Shown: positions 47,792-57,248 of the stretch, one piece after another
Numbering within the stretch: the first letter of the stretch is position 1
Layout: each line of letters starts with the position of its first letter
IMG/VR virus record: IMGVR_UViG_3300046492_000366
Coordinates: 2,843-66,842 of that record
From: a virus
Length of the DNA: 64,000 nucleotides
Direction: 5' to 3' (one strand)
Notes under the pieces: generated by a model
What the model was told of the DNA's origin: nothing
Databases searched by the model: none
The model's input: the letters and a program-made list of their open reading frames with translations, nothing else
Translations under genes and position numbers: made by a program

Positions 47792-48439
47792 ATGCCCACA
47801 GAAAACAAAACGGCCGAGCCGCTGAAGGTTGAGCGCTCGACTGTGACGAAGCTAGTCATCACCGGCGCGCCGCGACTCGACCCGATCACCGTGTTCCTCG
47901 AGGACTTCGGTCGCCGCGACTGCCCTACTGAATCCGACCCGAGCTATCAAACCGCCCAGGGCAAGATCACGATCAACTGCTGGGACAACAGCTGGAACGC
48001 GTACTGGGGCGGCATGGGCCCGCGCACCGTCGCAGAGTTTGTCGCCGACTGCGACTGGCATTACATCCTCAACTGCCTGGATCGCGGGATCAGCCCCACA
48101 GTTTTCAGCGGTAACGCCCTTCACGCTCTGGCCAAGAAGTGCATCGTTCAGCGCCGCCGGCAACAGACAGGGCGCCATGAGTGGGAGCTGGGCGAGCTGA
48201 GTAAAGACGAAGCCCGAAAGCTTTGGCGCGACATCGACGAGCTGCGCGGCATAGAGAGCGCTAACGAGTGCTGGCATCAAAGCAGGTTACTGACAGAACT
48301 GTTCGGTGATGAATGGCATTACCCGCTCGACGGCAAGGCGGTCGAAGAGAACCACAAATTCACGTACCTGCGCCGCGTTGTTGAAGCGGTGCAGCAGGCG
48401 CTGCGCCAAGAACTAATCATCAACAAGGAGGCTGTATGA
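47792..48439 (+). CDS. Hypothetical phage protein
   Basis: SD AGGA; LDPITVFLED, WNAYWGGMG. Confidence 0.8.
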   Translation: MPTENKTAEPLKVERSTVTKLVITGAPRLDPITVFLEDFGRRDCPTESDPSYQTAQGKITINCWDNSWNAYWGGMGPRTVAEFVADCDWHYILNCLDRGISPTVFSGNALHALAKKCIVQRRRQQTGRHEWELGELSKDEARKLWRDIDELRGIESANECWHQSRLLTELFGDEWHYPLDGKAVEENHKFTYLRRVVEAVQQALRQELIINKEAV

Positions 48440-48777
48440 CACACACCAATGAAGCACTGGCACGCAAAGTCGAACAACTCGAAGCATTCCGCGCCGAGGT
48501 TCAGGCGATCTGCGAAAGCGGAAAGCACCGGACGATGCATACCCAATCGCAGATGTGCGGGTTTCTGGATGGGATTCGGTTCAAGGCGATGAAGGCGCAG
48601 ATTGATCGTCACGACGAGGCTGGCAATGCCGCCGTTCTCGCACTGGAGGCCAGGGCGCGCGCCATCTACGAAGGCTGGTCTGCGCAAACCGGTTTTGTGC
48701 TCTGGGTAGAGGGTGGCAACTCTGCCATGCAGGACGAAGCTCGGGCGCAGGCTCGGCGGGCGATGGAGCCTGCATGA
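48436..48777 (+). CDS. Hypothetical phage protein
   Basis: SD AGGAGG; coupled. Confidence 0.7.
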   Translation: MTHTNEALARKVEQLEAFRAEVQAICESGKHRTMHTQSQMCGFLDGIRFKAMKAQIDRHDEAGNAAVLALEARARAIYEGWSAQTGFVLWVEGGNSAMQDEARAQARRAMEPA

Positions 48778-49130
48778 TGACCAACATACAACAGTCGAAA
48801 GACGATCTGGATGCTGTGCTGCACTGGCGTAACAAGCATGCGATCGCGATCAAAGAGCGTGACGCCCTGCAGCAGCGCCTGATCGCAGCGGATCAGCGGA
48901 TTGATGAGCTGACCGCGCAGCAGGCCGAAAGCCGGATGATCACTCTGTCGGGCTGCGAGTTCAGCGAACACGACCTTCTCCATACAGCCGTCTGCATGGT
49001 GACCGGCACCAGCCGGCGCGGCACGCAGCGCTGGGTAGCGATGAAGTACGCTTTCTGTTGCGGATCTGGCGTTGCGCACGCGCTCTGCCGGCGGTTCGGG
49101 TTCGACCCCGACGAAACGGTGAAGCCGTGA
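48774..49130 (+). CDS. Hypothetical phage protein
   Basis: Coupled; LCRRFGFDPDE. Confidence 0.7.
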   Translation: MMTNIQQSKDDLDAVLHWRNKHAIAIKERDALQQRLIAADQRIDELTAQQAESRMITLSGCEFSEHDLLHTAVCMVTGTSRRGTQRWVAMKYAFCCGSGVAHALCRRFGFDPDETVKP

Positions 49131-49306
49131 AGCGCTTCATCCGCCGCAAGTTCGAAGCCTGGCTGATCCTGCTGGCAGCGAAGATCCTGATGGGCCGCAA
49201 CGTTCATCGATCCCCGGTCGTTTCCCGCCGAGACAACAACGACATGTGGGCCATGGCCGAAAAGCTCGAAGCGATCGCCAAGCGCATCAGCAAAAAATAC
49301 CCGTAA
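49127..49306 (+). CDS. Small hypothetical protein
   Basis: GTGA overlap. Confidence 0.55.
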   Translation: MKRFIRRKFEAWLILLAAKILMGRNVHRSPVVSRRDNNDMWAMAEKLEAIAKRISKKYP

Positions 49307-49353
49307 CTCCCTCCCCCTTCAAAGTCAGCCGCTATAGCGGCAAGGACGAAGTC

Positions 49354-49776
49354 ATGTCTGAAGAAAAGAAACAAACAGGGCCGGACCACTTTCGCTACGT
49401 CGACCACATCGGCCCGGAAGGCGTAACTATTGTCTGCCGAAAATACGTTGTGATCCGAGAAAGCGAGCACTGCTACTGGATCGTTCCTGAAGGCTCGGAA
49501 GGCTGGGCTCGGGGGAGGCAGACGGCTACAGGCAAGACCTTCAAGGATGCAAAGCGGGTATCGAAGGATTCGTGGCGGCGATTCGCGTACCCAAATAGAG
49601 AAAAAGCGCTCTCCTCCTACAAAGCGCGCAAGCGGCACTAGCTTGGGCACGCTGAACTCGCCCTTGAGCGTGCGAAAACTGCTCTTGCCGACATCAAGGA
49701 CATTGAGGCGATCAACGACGAGCATCTGTGCTCGGGTGGCGACTACATCAAACAGCTCAACTGGACGGACTGCTGA
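49354..49776 (+). pseudogene. Hypothetical gene interrupted by an in-frame TAG at 49639-49641
   Basis: Frame stays open 44 more codons to a TGA overlapping the next ATG. Confidence 0.7.
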
Positions 49777-50507
49777 TGACTATTTCACTCCAACCGAAAG
49801 AACGGCCGATCCTGTTCTCGGCGCCGATGGTGCGTGCCATTCTGGATGGCCGGAAGACAGTCACGCGGCGGCCGGTCAAGGGTGGGCAGATTCCCACTGA
49901 AGACACCACAATTGCTGCCGGCGAGCGTCATCGCTGGATGGCCACTGCTCAGCGCCACCCGCGCTACGGTTTCGGCGTGTTCGGAGCAACCGAAGCGGAG
50001 TGCGCCAAGGAGCTGGAAGAATTCGCGCCTTGCCCATACGGGCGTCGCGGCGAACGACTGTGGGTGCGCGAGGCATGGGCAGCTGATGCCCAGGTCGATG
50101 CAGTGGCACCGCGAGATCTGAGCCAAGGCGAACCGATCTGGTACCCAGCAGATGGGGCCGTCAGGCAAACCGGATGCGCAATGCTCACGACAGGGAAAGG
50201 CCGTCCAAGCATCCACATGCCGCGCTGGGCCAGCCGCATCCTGCTGGAGATCACCGACGTCCGCGTCGAGCGGTTGCAGGGCATCAGCGAGGGCCAAGCC
50301 CAAGCAGAAGGAATAGTCGGAGTGGCGTTTCGCCCGGATGACGGCTGGCCAATCTGCACAGGTTATATGGTCGGGCCTGATGACGGCAAAGCAGGGCTCG
50401 AAACCACAGCAGCCAAAGCCTTTGCAGGTTTGTGGAAATCAACCGGCGGCGACTGGGACGCCAACCCATGGGTCTGGGTCGTCGAGTTCAAAAGGGTGAC
50501 GCCATGA
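49776..50507 (+). CDS. ASCH/PUA-like phage protein
   Basis: KERPILFSAPMVRAILDGRKTVTRR, PSIHMPRWASRI, WDANPWVWVVEF. Confidence 0.8.
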   Translation: MTISLQPKERPILFSAPMVRAILDGRKTVTRRPVKGGQIPTEDTTIAAGERHRWMATAQRHPRYGFGVFGATEAECAKELEEFAPCPYGRRGERLWVREAWAADAQVDAVAPRDLSQGEPIWYPADGAVRQTGCAMLTTGKGRPSIHMPRWASRILLEITDVRVERLQGISEGQAQAEGIVGVAFRPDDGWPICTGYMVGPDDGKAGLETTAAKAFAGLWKSTGGDWDANPWVWVVEFKRVTP

Positions 50508-50556
50508 TCTTCGCCCCGCTCTACATGGCCTACCTCATCTACAAGGGGCCGTGGCG

Positions 50557-50892
50557 ATGAACGAACAAAACACCAAAGAGTTTTATTCTCCTGAGCAGGC
50601 CTCTCAGCATGCCGCCGACTGGTGCAAGCGCAACCCAGCATGGCGCCGGATCTGTGATATCCCCGATTCCGATGCCCTTTATAAAACCTACGATGAGATT
50701 CCGAGACGCGAACGGGCCTACTGGGACGAGAACGGCGGCGAAGAATGTTGGCGAGAGGTTGGGATCGCGAAGTGTAAGGTCGCTACCGGTTTCATCTCTG
50801 GAAAAGGCGAGTTTTTCGATCATGTGCTCAAAGTGCCCCTGCATCACAACCTGATGATGGTGTTTCGTGTAGGCAGGCGCTGGAAACCATGA
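50557..50892 (+). CDS. Hypothetical phage protein
   Basis: Coupled ORF. Confidence 0.7.
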   Translation: MNEQNTKEFYSPEQASQHAADWCKRNPAWRRICDIPDSDALYKTYDEIPRRERAYWDENGGEECWREVGIAKCKVATGFISGKGEFFDHVLKVPLHHNLMMVFRVGRRWKP

Positions 50893-51206
50893 GCAGCATG
50901 GTCAGCGTCCGCACCGAGGAACTGGCCGGCCCGGCGCTGGACTGGGCAATCAACGCGATCGAGGGTGACCAGCGGCCCGCCGCCGGCCAGCTTGATCTCT
51001 TCGCCCTGCCCGACGCCGAGCAGCTGATCACGAAGTACGGCGTCTGGGTCGATGTTGGCCACCGGCATTCTTGGCTGGCAGACCTTACCAACGATCCGTT
51101 CAACCGGGTCACCGGCGCATCCCGGACCATCGCAGTGTTCCGCGCCGTGATCTTTGCCACGCGCGGCGCCACGGTCAAAGTCCCCGCCGAACTCATCCAG
51201 CAGTAA
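50889..51206 (+). CDS. NinX/DUF2591-like protein
   Basis: ELAGPALDWA, IAVFRAVI...VKVPAEL. Confidence 0.7.
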   Translation: MSSMVSVRTEELAGPALDWAINAIEGDQRPAAGQLDLFALPDAEQLITKYGVWVDVGHRHSWLADLTNDPFNRVTGASRTIAVFRAVIFATRGATVKVPAELIQQ

Positions 51207-51256
51207 CCCTCCCACAACTCAACAGCCTGCCGGTGTACGGCGGGCGAGGAATCCGT

Positions 51257-51856
51257 ATGTCCGAAATTGAACGAGTCATCGAAGCCATGATGGAGCCAGC
51301 GCCCGCGGCCACCGAGGTCATCACGCTCGACCGAAACATTGTCGAGCGAGCGTTGACCTTGATGGAGAGCCACCCAGATGTCGCACAGGGCGGGCCTTCG
51401 CTTTGCAATGAAGTCTCCGTGTTTCGCCAAGCCTTGGCCGAACCCACCGTAAAACTCTGGGCGATCCACAGCGTTGGCCCTGGCGAAGAGTACCCGTGCC
51501 TAAACAAAGAAGACGCCGAGCGGCGCGCCAAGGAGTTGCGCGATCTCGGTGAGCGTATGAAGCAGGAGCGCATCGCGCGCGGTGAAAGCGTTGAGCTTTG
51601 GAATGACTGGGTGACGAACGTTATCCCTTCCCCGTGGGAGCCGGCCGAGCATTTCGAAATCATGGCTGAGGAATGGACGGATCACGCCGAGCAGCTTCAC
51701 GAAGAGGTGATCAAGCTGACCGAAGAAAAAGGAAACCTGCGTAAGGCCCTCGCGGGAATGCTTTTCGCCTTCGACGACGGCGTCGGCCTCGACTGGTCCG
51801 CTGATCTGCTCGATTACGCGCGAAAGCTGTGCCCTGCCGAAGAATTTAAACCCTGA
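51257..51856 (+). CDS. Hypothetical phage protein
   Basis: SD GAGGA; WAIHSVGPGE. Confidence 0.75.
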   Translation: MSEIERVIEAMMEPAPAATEVITLDRNIVERALTLMESHPDVAQGGPSLCNEVSVFRQALAEPTVKLWAIHSVGPGEEYPCLNKEDAERRAKELRDLGERMKQERIARGESVELWNDWVTNVIPSPWEPAEHFEIMAEEWTDHAEQLHEEVIKLTEEKGNLRKALAGMLFAFDDGVGLDWSADLLDYARKLCPAEEFKP

Positions 51857-51902
51857 ACCATCACCACCTTCTGCCGCCACGCGCGGCACGGAGCAATATC
51901 TT

Positions 51903-52145
51903 ATGGAAACCGAAATCCTCTCTGACGAGGAGCTTGCCGAACTTACCGGCTACAAGGCCCGGGCCTACCAGCGGCGCTGGCTGGTTGATCGCCAATGGGT
52001 GTTCGTCGAAAGCCGAGGCAAGCGTCCACTTGTGGGTCGGATGTACGCCCGTATGAAGCTGGGCATGATCAGCCCCACGATTGCCGACCCAAACCCACCG
52101 CCTGCCGCACCGGTATGGACGCCCGACTTCTCGCGAGTGAACTGA
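51903..52145 (+). CDS. Excisionase (DUF4224-like)
   Basis: LSDEELAELTGYK..QRRWL; immediately upstream of int. Confidence 0.85.
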   Translation: METEILSDEELAELTGYKARAYQRRWLVDRQWVFVESRGKRPLVGRMYARMKLGMISPTIADPNPPPAAPVWTPDFSRVN

Positions 52146-52146
52146 T

Positions 52147-53196
52147 ATGCGCCCCCGCAAGGCCGAAACTCGAAATTTGCCTCCCCGGATGTATCAGTGG
52201 ACCAGGACACGTAAGAGCGGAAAGGTCTGGATCTCCTACTACTATCTGGATCTCACCGGTAAGGCCATCCCGTTGGGCAAAGACTTGGACCTGGCAAGAG
52301 CCAAATGGGCAGAGCTTGAGGCGAAGGAAAAGCCGCTCGATTTGCGCACCATGAAGGGCATCTTTGACCGATATATACGCGATATCGTATCGAAGAAAGC
52401 GGCGCGGACGCAGAAGGACAATTTGGCGGAGATCAAGCAGCTTCGGCCGATGTTCGACAGCGCTCCTATCGACTCAATTACCCCAGCAACTATCGCGGGT
52501 TACCGCGACGCGCGAACCGCCAAGGTTCGGGCGAATCGAGAGATTGCCACCCTCTCTCACGTTTTCAATATTGCTCGGGAGTGGGGGCTGACAACCAAAG
52601 AAAATCCTTGCCAAGGCGTGCGCAAAAACAAGGAAACGCCGAGGGACTATTACGCAAATGATGTGATTTGGGATGCTGTTTACATGAAGGCAGCTCAAGA
52701 GCTGAAAGACGCGATGGACTTGGCCTATCTGACCGGGCAAAGGCCGGCAGATGTCCTGGTCATGAGGAAGGACGATGTCGAGGGAAATTACTTGGGTGTG
52801 CAGCAGAACAAGACACACAAAAAGCTGCGTATCCAGATGACTGACGGTGATCAACCGAACAGCCTGGGCCTGTTAATCGGGAAGATGGCCGAGCGCAATG
52901 CTCAGCACATTTGCAGCTATTTGATCGTGAGTGCACGCGGCAAGCGGATGACGGCGAAGATGCTTCGCGATCGGTGGGACGACGCCAGAGAAAGGGCCAA
53001 GAAAGAAGCTGAAGAAAAAGGCGACGTTCAGCTGGCGGAGAAAATCGGAGGCTTCCAATTCAGAGACATCAGGCCGAAGGCGGCGTCGGAAATCCTCGAC
53101 ATTGGTGATGCAAGCCTGCTGTTGGGGCACACCAAAGGGGACATCACCGAGCGCGTCTATCGACGAATCGGCGCCATTGCAAAGCCCTCGAAATAG
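52147..53196 (+). CDS. int: Tyrosine integrase
   Basis: TGQRPADV, FRDIRPKAA, LLGH, TERVY. Confidence 0.95.
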   Translation: MRPRKAETRNLPPRMYQWTRTRKSGKVWISYYYLDLTGKAIPLGKDLDLARAKWAELEAKEKPLDLRTMKGIFDRYIRDIVSKKAARTQKDNLAEIKQLRPMFDSAPIDSITPATIAGYRDARTAKVRANREIATLSHVFNIAREWGLTTKENPCQGVRKNKETPRDYYANDVIWDAVYMKAAQELKDAMDLAYLTGQRPADVLVMRKDDVEGNYLGVQQNKTHKKLRIQMTDGDQPNSLGLLIGKMAERNAQHICSYLIVSARGKRMTAKMLRDRWDDARERAKKEAEEKGDVQLAEKIGGFQFRDIRPKAASEILDIGDASLLLGHTKGDITERVYRRIGAIAKPSK

Positions 53197-53319
53197 CCCG
53201 AAAACCGTTACAAAATTCAAACCTAGCCCCTTGTAGAATGCGGGCTGTAGAGGTGTCGAAAAATAAAAGTATCGTAACGGAAATTGGCTACAAACCCCGG
53301 TTTCATTGGCTTTGAATAT

Positions 53320-53379
53320 CGGTCTTGAAAACCGTCGACTGTAACAGGTCCATGAGTTCGAATCCCATCGCCTCCGCCA
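53320..53379 (+). other. att core: 3' portion of tRNA-Ser(TGA) (anticodon arm to CCA), not an intact tRNA
   Basis: CGGTCTTGAAAACCG, variable arm, GTTCGAATC, CCGCCA; 5' acceptor and D arm absent. Confidence 0.85.
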
Positions 53380-53388
53380 TCTTATGTA

Positions 53389-53425
53389 CGACAAAGCCCT
53401 GATTATTCAGGGCTTTGTCGTTTCT
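53389..53425 (+). terminator. Hairpin downstream of the tRNA fragment
   Basis: CGACAAAGCCCTGA-TTAT-TCAGGGCTTTGTCG. Confidence 0.75.
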
Positions 53426-53582
53426 GGCGTCCTGAAAAATTTCTGCCGTGCCAGATGCGTTCCATAACTTTTGTGGATGCGCTCCATGACTCGCCTTGTT
53501 TTCCCCCTTCTATGGCGTCCTGCCGAACGTAAAACACTCTTCATGTAACACGGTGCTAGGAGTCTTTTTCTTGGAGTGCTCG

Positions 53583-53672
53583 CATATGGGATATACCGAC
53601 GGCAATATGATCCGTCAGCACTACGGGACGTAGATCAATCAGGACGGACCCGGCGTGGTGGGCATGCTGCAA
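53583..53672 (+). pseudogene. C-terminal remnant of a second tyrosine integrase
   Basis: HMGYTDGNMIRQHYGT*INQDG. Confidence 0.6.
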
Positions 53673-53838
53673 AGTAGGTATTCTGCAGAGCGCTGTAGTC
53701 ACAGATCTTGCCGGACATGAAAAATCTGATGCCCTTCACATCATGGCACTTTTGATAATCGTCATAGGTGATCGTGTTGCCACTGGTGATCTGGGAGTCA
53801 TAGGCGATCACGCCATCTTTATAGGCAATGGGCGTCAT
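53635..53838 (-). pseudogene. Truncated phage Ntn-hydrolase / proteasome-beta-like gene
   Basis: MTPIAYKDGVIAYDSQIT N-terminus, cut short. Confidence 0.55.
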
Positions 53839-54001
53839 GCGCGGCCGCGCTAGGATTTTTGGTGTTCGAGTAAGTGCAAAGAGTTGAGCTGAACGGAAAG
53901 CGGGAATATCGGATTCTGAGATCGAATCCACCCTTTAGGCTTTCCCTATGCGCAATTTTCTCCGTGCAATCGTGTTTTTTACTCTCCTGCTGCTACCAGC
54001 C

Positions 54002-54190
54002 TCAACCCACCATGATGTTGGTCTGCACCTGTGCGTGCCCGTGCGGCAAGGAAACGACCAGGCAGTGGGGCAAGCCGGCAGACTTGGCAGCGTCGACGGC
54101 CTTTGCGATCGTGGTATCCAGTTCGATCAGTACTTTGTTGATGTCTTGACTCAATGGCAGTGCGTGGCGAAGGCGCGTTACGTTGGTCAC
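54002..54190 (-). CDS. Small phage-derived hypothetical protein
   Basis: VTRLRHALP..IAKAVDAAKSAGLP; SD GGAGGG. Confidence 0.55.
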   Translation of the reverse strand: MTNVTRLRHALPLSQDINKVLIELDTTIAKAVDAAKSAGLPHCLVVSLPHGHAQVQTNIMVG

Positions 54191-54286
54191 GCTTCCCTCC
54201 AATCGGCGAGTTGGCTTTTTTGGGAAAATGCAGTACGCGAGTCGGGTATCATCGGCGCTCCTAGAATTTTCGAGAACGCAACGCTC

Positions 54287-54652
54287 ATGCATGGACGCCT
54301 CTTGTTGGCCGCTCTGGTCATCTCCCCCTCTTTCGCTATCGCAGCCCCTTCTCCCTTCGCCTACGACGAAGCCCCTAGTGATGGCTTCATGTATGCCATG
54401 AGGTATCAGCAAGCGAAATTGGCTTGTAGCTCGCTTCCAGATGACCTTGAAGCGGACTATGCAAAGGCGATGCGATTGACCGCAGAAAACAGCTCCGAAT
54501 TTGAGAAGACCTACACGAAAGGCCTGGCAGCAAACCCACGGTGGCGTAAACCTGCGACGGCCGAAGAGCAGGAGGCAGAGTGCAATCAAGCACAGGTGGC
54601 GCTTCGTGTGACGGTCAGACTTGCACGCCAGTGGTTTCCTGGCGGCTGGTAA
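54287..54652 (+). CDS. Secreted hypothetical protein
   Basis: Signal peptide ending AIA; two Cys. Confidence 0.65.
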   Translation: MHGRLLLAALVISPSFAIAAPSPFAYDEAPSDGFMYAMRYQQAKLACSSLPDDLEADYAKAMRLTAENSSEFEKTYTKGLAANPRWRKPATAEEQEAECNQAQVALRVTVRLARQWFPGGW

Positions 54653-54654
54653 CC

Positions 54655-54830
54655 ACTAGCAGCATTCGCAAAGTGCAATCTGACTAATTCGGCCTTCCGG
54701 CTAGGCAACTTAAAGTCAGTCAGCCGATCCGCGATGTTGCGGATCTTCTCCACCCCCAGGAAGCCAACCCAGCCGCTGGCGAAGGTGGCTATGCTCTGGG
54801 GTAGGCCGAATGTAGTGGTCACCAACACTC
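54655..54830 (-). pseudogene. Lambda-family holin remnant
   Basis: FGLPQSIATFASGWVGFLGVEKIR without an N-terminus. Confidence 0.6.
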
Positions 54831-54834
54831 CAAG

Positions 54835-56961
54835 CTACAAGGTATAAGAAATACCAACCTGCACAGTCCGCGGCGCCCCCGGATAGGCGTAGACGTTACC
54901 GAATGCGCCCTCTTCATAGTCACGATCAAAGAGGTTTTTCACGTCAAGATTGAGCCGCACCTTGTCATTGATTTTGTAGAAGCTGAGCAGGTCGACAACG
55001 GTGTAGCTGCCCATCGAAAAAGCCGTGTTGGCGGTTTGTCCGGCGCGCTCGTCGACGTACTTGAGTCCGGTGCCCAAGCCCAGCCCTTTGAGGGTGCCGT
55101 CCTGGAACTCATACATATTCAGCAGGCTGAAGCTGTTTTTCGGGATGTTCATCAGTCGCGTGCCAGAGCGCAGTACGTTGTCTTTGGTCACTTCGGCATC
55201 GACATAGGCGTAGCCGCCAATCACGCGCCATTCGGGCGTCAGGTTGCCGGCAACGTTGACGTCGAAACCACGGCTGCGCACCTCACCGGCCGCAACGCTG
55301 AAGGTTGAATCAACAGGGTCGGTGGTCAACACGTTGCGCTTTTCGATCTGATAGACCGCCGCGTCGACACTCAACTGCTGATCCAGCGCTTCCCACTTGA
55401 TCCCCATTTCGTAGGACTTGCCTTTCTCCGGCTCGAACCCACCGCCTTGGCGGCTGGCGCCGGTGTTCGGCTTGAAGGAGCGAGCGGTGTCAGCATAAAC
55501 CGCCAATGTGTCGGTCAAGTCGTAGGTGACGCCGATGCGCGGTGTCACCGCATTGTCACTCGCCTGCCAACTCTTGGCGCCGGGCACGTAGGTTTCGTAG
55601 TCATGTTCGAAGCGTTCGAAACGCGCTCCGGCCAGCACTTTCAGTTTGTCGGTCAACGCCACCTGATCCTGCACGAACGCGGCATACGTCTTGAGGTTTT
55701 CCTTGTCGTGAGTCGGCGTGCGGGTGAGTGCCGGACGCGGCTGGCCGTACACCGGGTCGAAGATGTCGATCGGATACGCGCCGACGGCTCCGCTGGAGCG
55801 TTGAATGATCGACTTGTAGTCGTAATCCTCATACTCGATGCCAGTAAGCAAGGTGTGCTGCAAACCTGCGGTATCGAAATGCCCGGTCAGATTGAGCTGG
55901 GTATCCTTGTCGGTCCACTCCAGCTTGCGATAGTTGAAATTGCGCCCCAGGGTGCGACCGTCAGCAGCAATACCGTTGGCCTCGATGGCGTTGCCCTTGA
56001 GCGATCCGTCGAGCCACTGGAAACCGCCGCCCAGCGTCCAGTCGTCGTTGAGCATGTGCTCGAAACGCAGTTGCGCCATGTTGTTGTCGTTGTGCAGTTT
56101 GCCCGCGTCTTTTTCGCCAAAAAAACTGTCGCGCGAGGCGGTACCTGTCTGTTTCGCGTAGCGGGTAACGCCTCGATCCAGAGGCGCGTTGTTGCGCATG
56201 AAATCGCCTTCGAAAATCAGCTTGGTCGCGTCGGTTGCCTGCCAGGTGAGCACCGGCGCGATGCCGTAGCGCTCGGTTTCGACATGATCGCGAAAGGTGT
56301 CGCCGCCCTCGCCCACTACGTTCAGCCGATAGGCCAGACGCCCTTCCTCGTCGAGCGGGCCGGAAGCGTCCAGCGTGCCGCGCTTCATGCCTTGATCGTT
56401 GAGCTGGCTACCCAGGGTGACGGTGCGCTCGGGCAACGGCGTTTTGGACACCACGTTGAAGGTGCCGCCAGGATCACCCCGACCGTAAAGCATGGTGGCC
56501 GGGCCGCGCAGCACTTCGAGGCGTTCAATGGTGTTGGCATCCGGCATGTTCGGATAGCCGCGGTTGATCGGAAAACCGTTGCGATAAAACTCGCCGGTGG
56601 TGAAGCCACGCACGGTGAACGTGGTCAGGCCCTGACCACCAAAATTGTTCGCCCGCCCAACGCCCCCGGCGTAATCAAGCGCGTCCTGCAAACGGGTGGC
56701 GCCCAGATCCTCGACCGCGTCTTTCGAGACCACACTGATCGATTGCGGGGTTTCGTGGATCGACGTGTCGGTGCGTGTGGCACTGGCTGAGCGAGTCGCC
56801 CGATAACCCTGCACCGGGCCGTCCGCCCTTTCGTAATTCGCAGTACCGATAACATCGGTTGCGTCCAACTCCAGCGTTGAGGGAGATCCCTCCGTTTGTT
56901 CAGCCCATGAGGCAGGCGACAACACTTGCAGCACACAAATGGAAAGCAGGGTACGACGCAT
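54835..56961 (-). CDS. TonB-dependent siderophore receptor
   Basis: ETPQSISVV, ERLEVLRGPATMLYG, NLFDRDY, PRTVQVGISYTL. Confidence 0.95.
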   Translation of the reverse strand: MRRTLLSICVLQVLSPASWAEQTEGSPSTLELDATDVIGTANYERADGPVQGYRATRSASATRTDTSIHETPQSISVVSKDAVEDLGATRLQDALDYAGGVGRANNFGGQGLTTFTVRGFTTGEFYRNGFPINRGYPNMPDANTIERLEVLRGPATMLYGRGDPGGTFNVVSKTPLPERTVTLGSQLNDQGMKRGTLDASGPLDEEGRLAYRLNVVGEGGDTFRDHVETERYGIAPVLTWQATDATKLIFEGDFMRNNAPLDRGVTRYAKQTGTASRDSFFGEKDAGKLHNDNNMAQLRFEHMLNDDWTLGGGFQWLDGSLKGNAIEANGIAADGRTLGRNFNYRKLEWTDKDTQLNLTGHFDTAGLQHTLLTGIEYEDYDYKSIIQRSSGAVGAYPIDIFDPVYGQPRPALTRTPTHDKENLKTYAAFVQDQVALTDKLKVLAGARFERFEHDYETYVPGAKSWQASDNAVTPRIGVTYDLTDTLAVYADTARSFKPNTGASRQGGGFEPEKGKSYEMGIKWEALDQQLSVDAAVYQIEKRNVLTTDPVDSTFSVAAGEVRSRGFDVNVAGNLTPEWRVIGGYAYVDAEVTKDNVLRSGTRLMNIPKNSFSLLNMYEFQDGTLKGLGLGTGLKYVDERAGQTANTAFSMGSYTVVDLLSFYKINDKVRLNLDVKNLFDRDYEEGAFGNVYAYPGAPRTVQVGISYTL

Positions 56962-57248
56962 GAAGAGAGAAACCTTTACGAATAGGCCAATACAGGGAGT
57001 AAATCCGCCAAAAACTCCCGCGCATGCTATACAAGCCCATTCGCAATTAACACAAATTCCCATTAACGCTTAAGTGGCCATTGTGCAGGAACGCTTTTGG
57101 CCAGTAACAGACATTCGATTTAGTGCCTGTTCGAACCAACCTTGCAGATCTCCACCTAGCGATTGCAGCTTTTCTAGCTACGCTTGCCAGCAAGAGATTG
57201 GTGCACGTACGCCCACTCTTTAATCGTCTGGCAAGGGAGCCAACAACC

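Larger units (their letters stand above)
1..53379. mobile_element. Lambdoid prophage (left boundary outside window), integrated at tRNA-Ser(TGA)
   Basis: Head, tail, lysis, replication, immunity and integration modules in lambdoid order; integrase adjacent to a tRNA 3' fragment. Confidence 0.97.

Noticed and set aside
53280-53379. Intact tRNA-Ser gene
   Set aside because: The upstream sequence cannot form the acceptor stem or D arm; only the 3' 60 bp match, so it is treated as the att duplicate
57030-57070. Fur box upstream of the TonB receptor
   Set aside because: Only about 11/19 match to consensus by eye; plausible but not supportable
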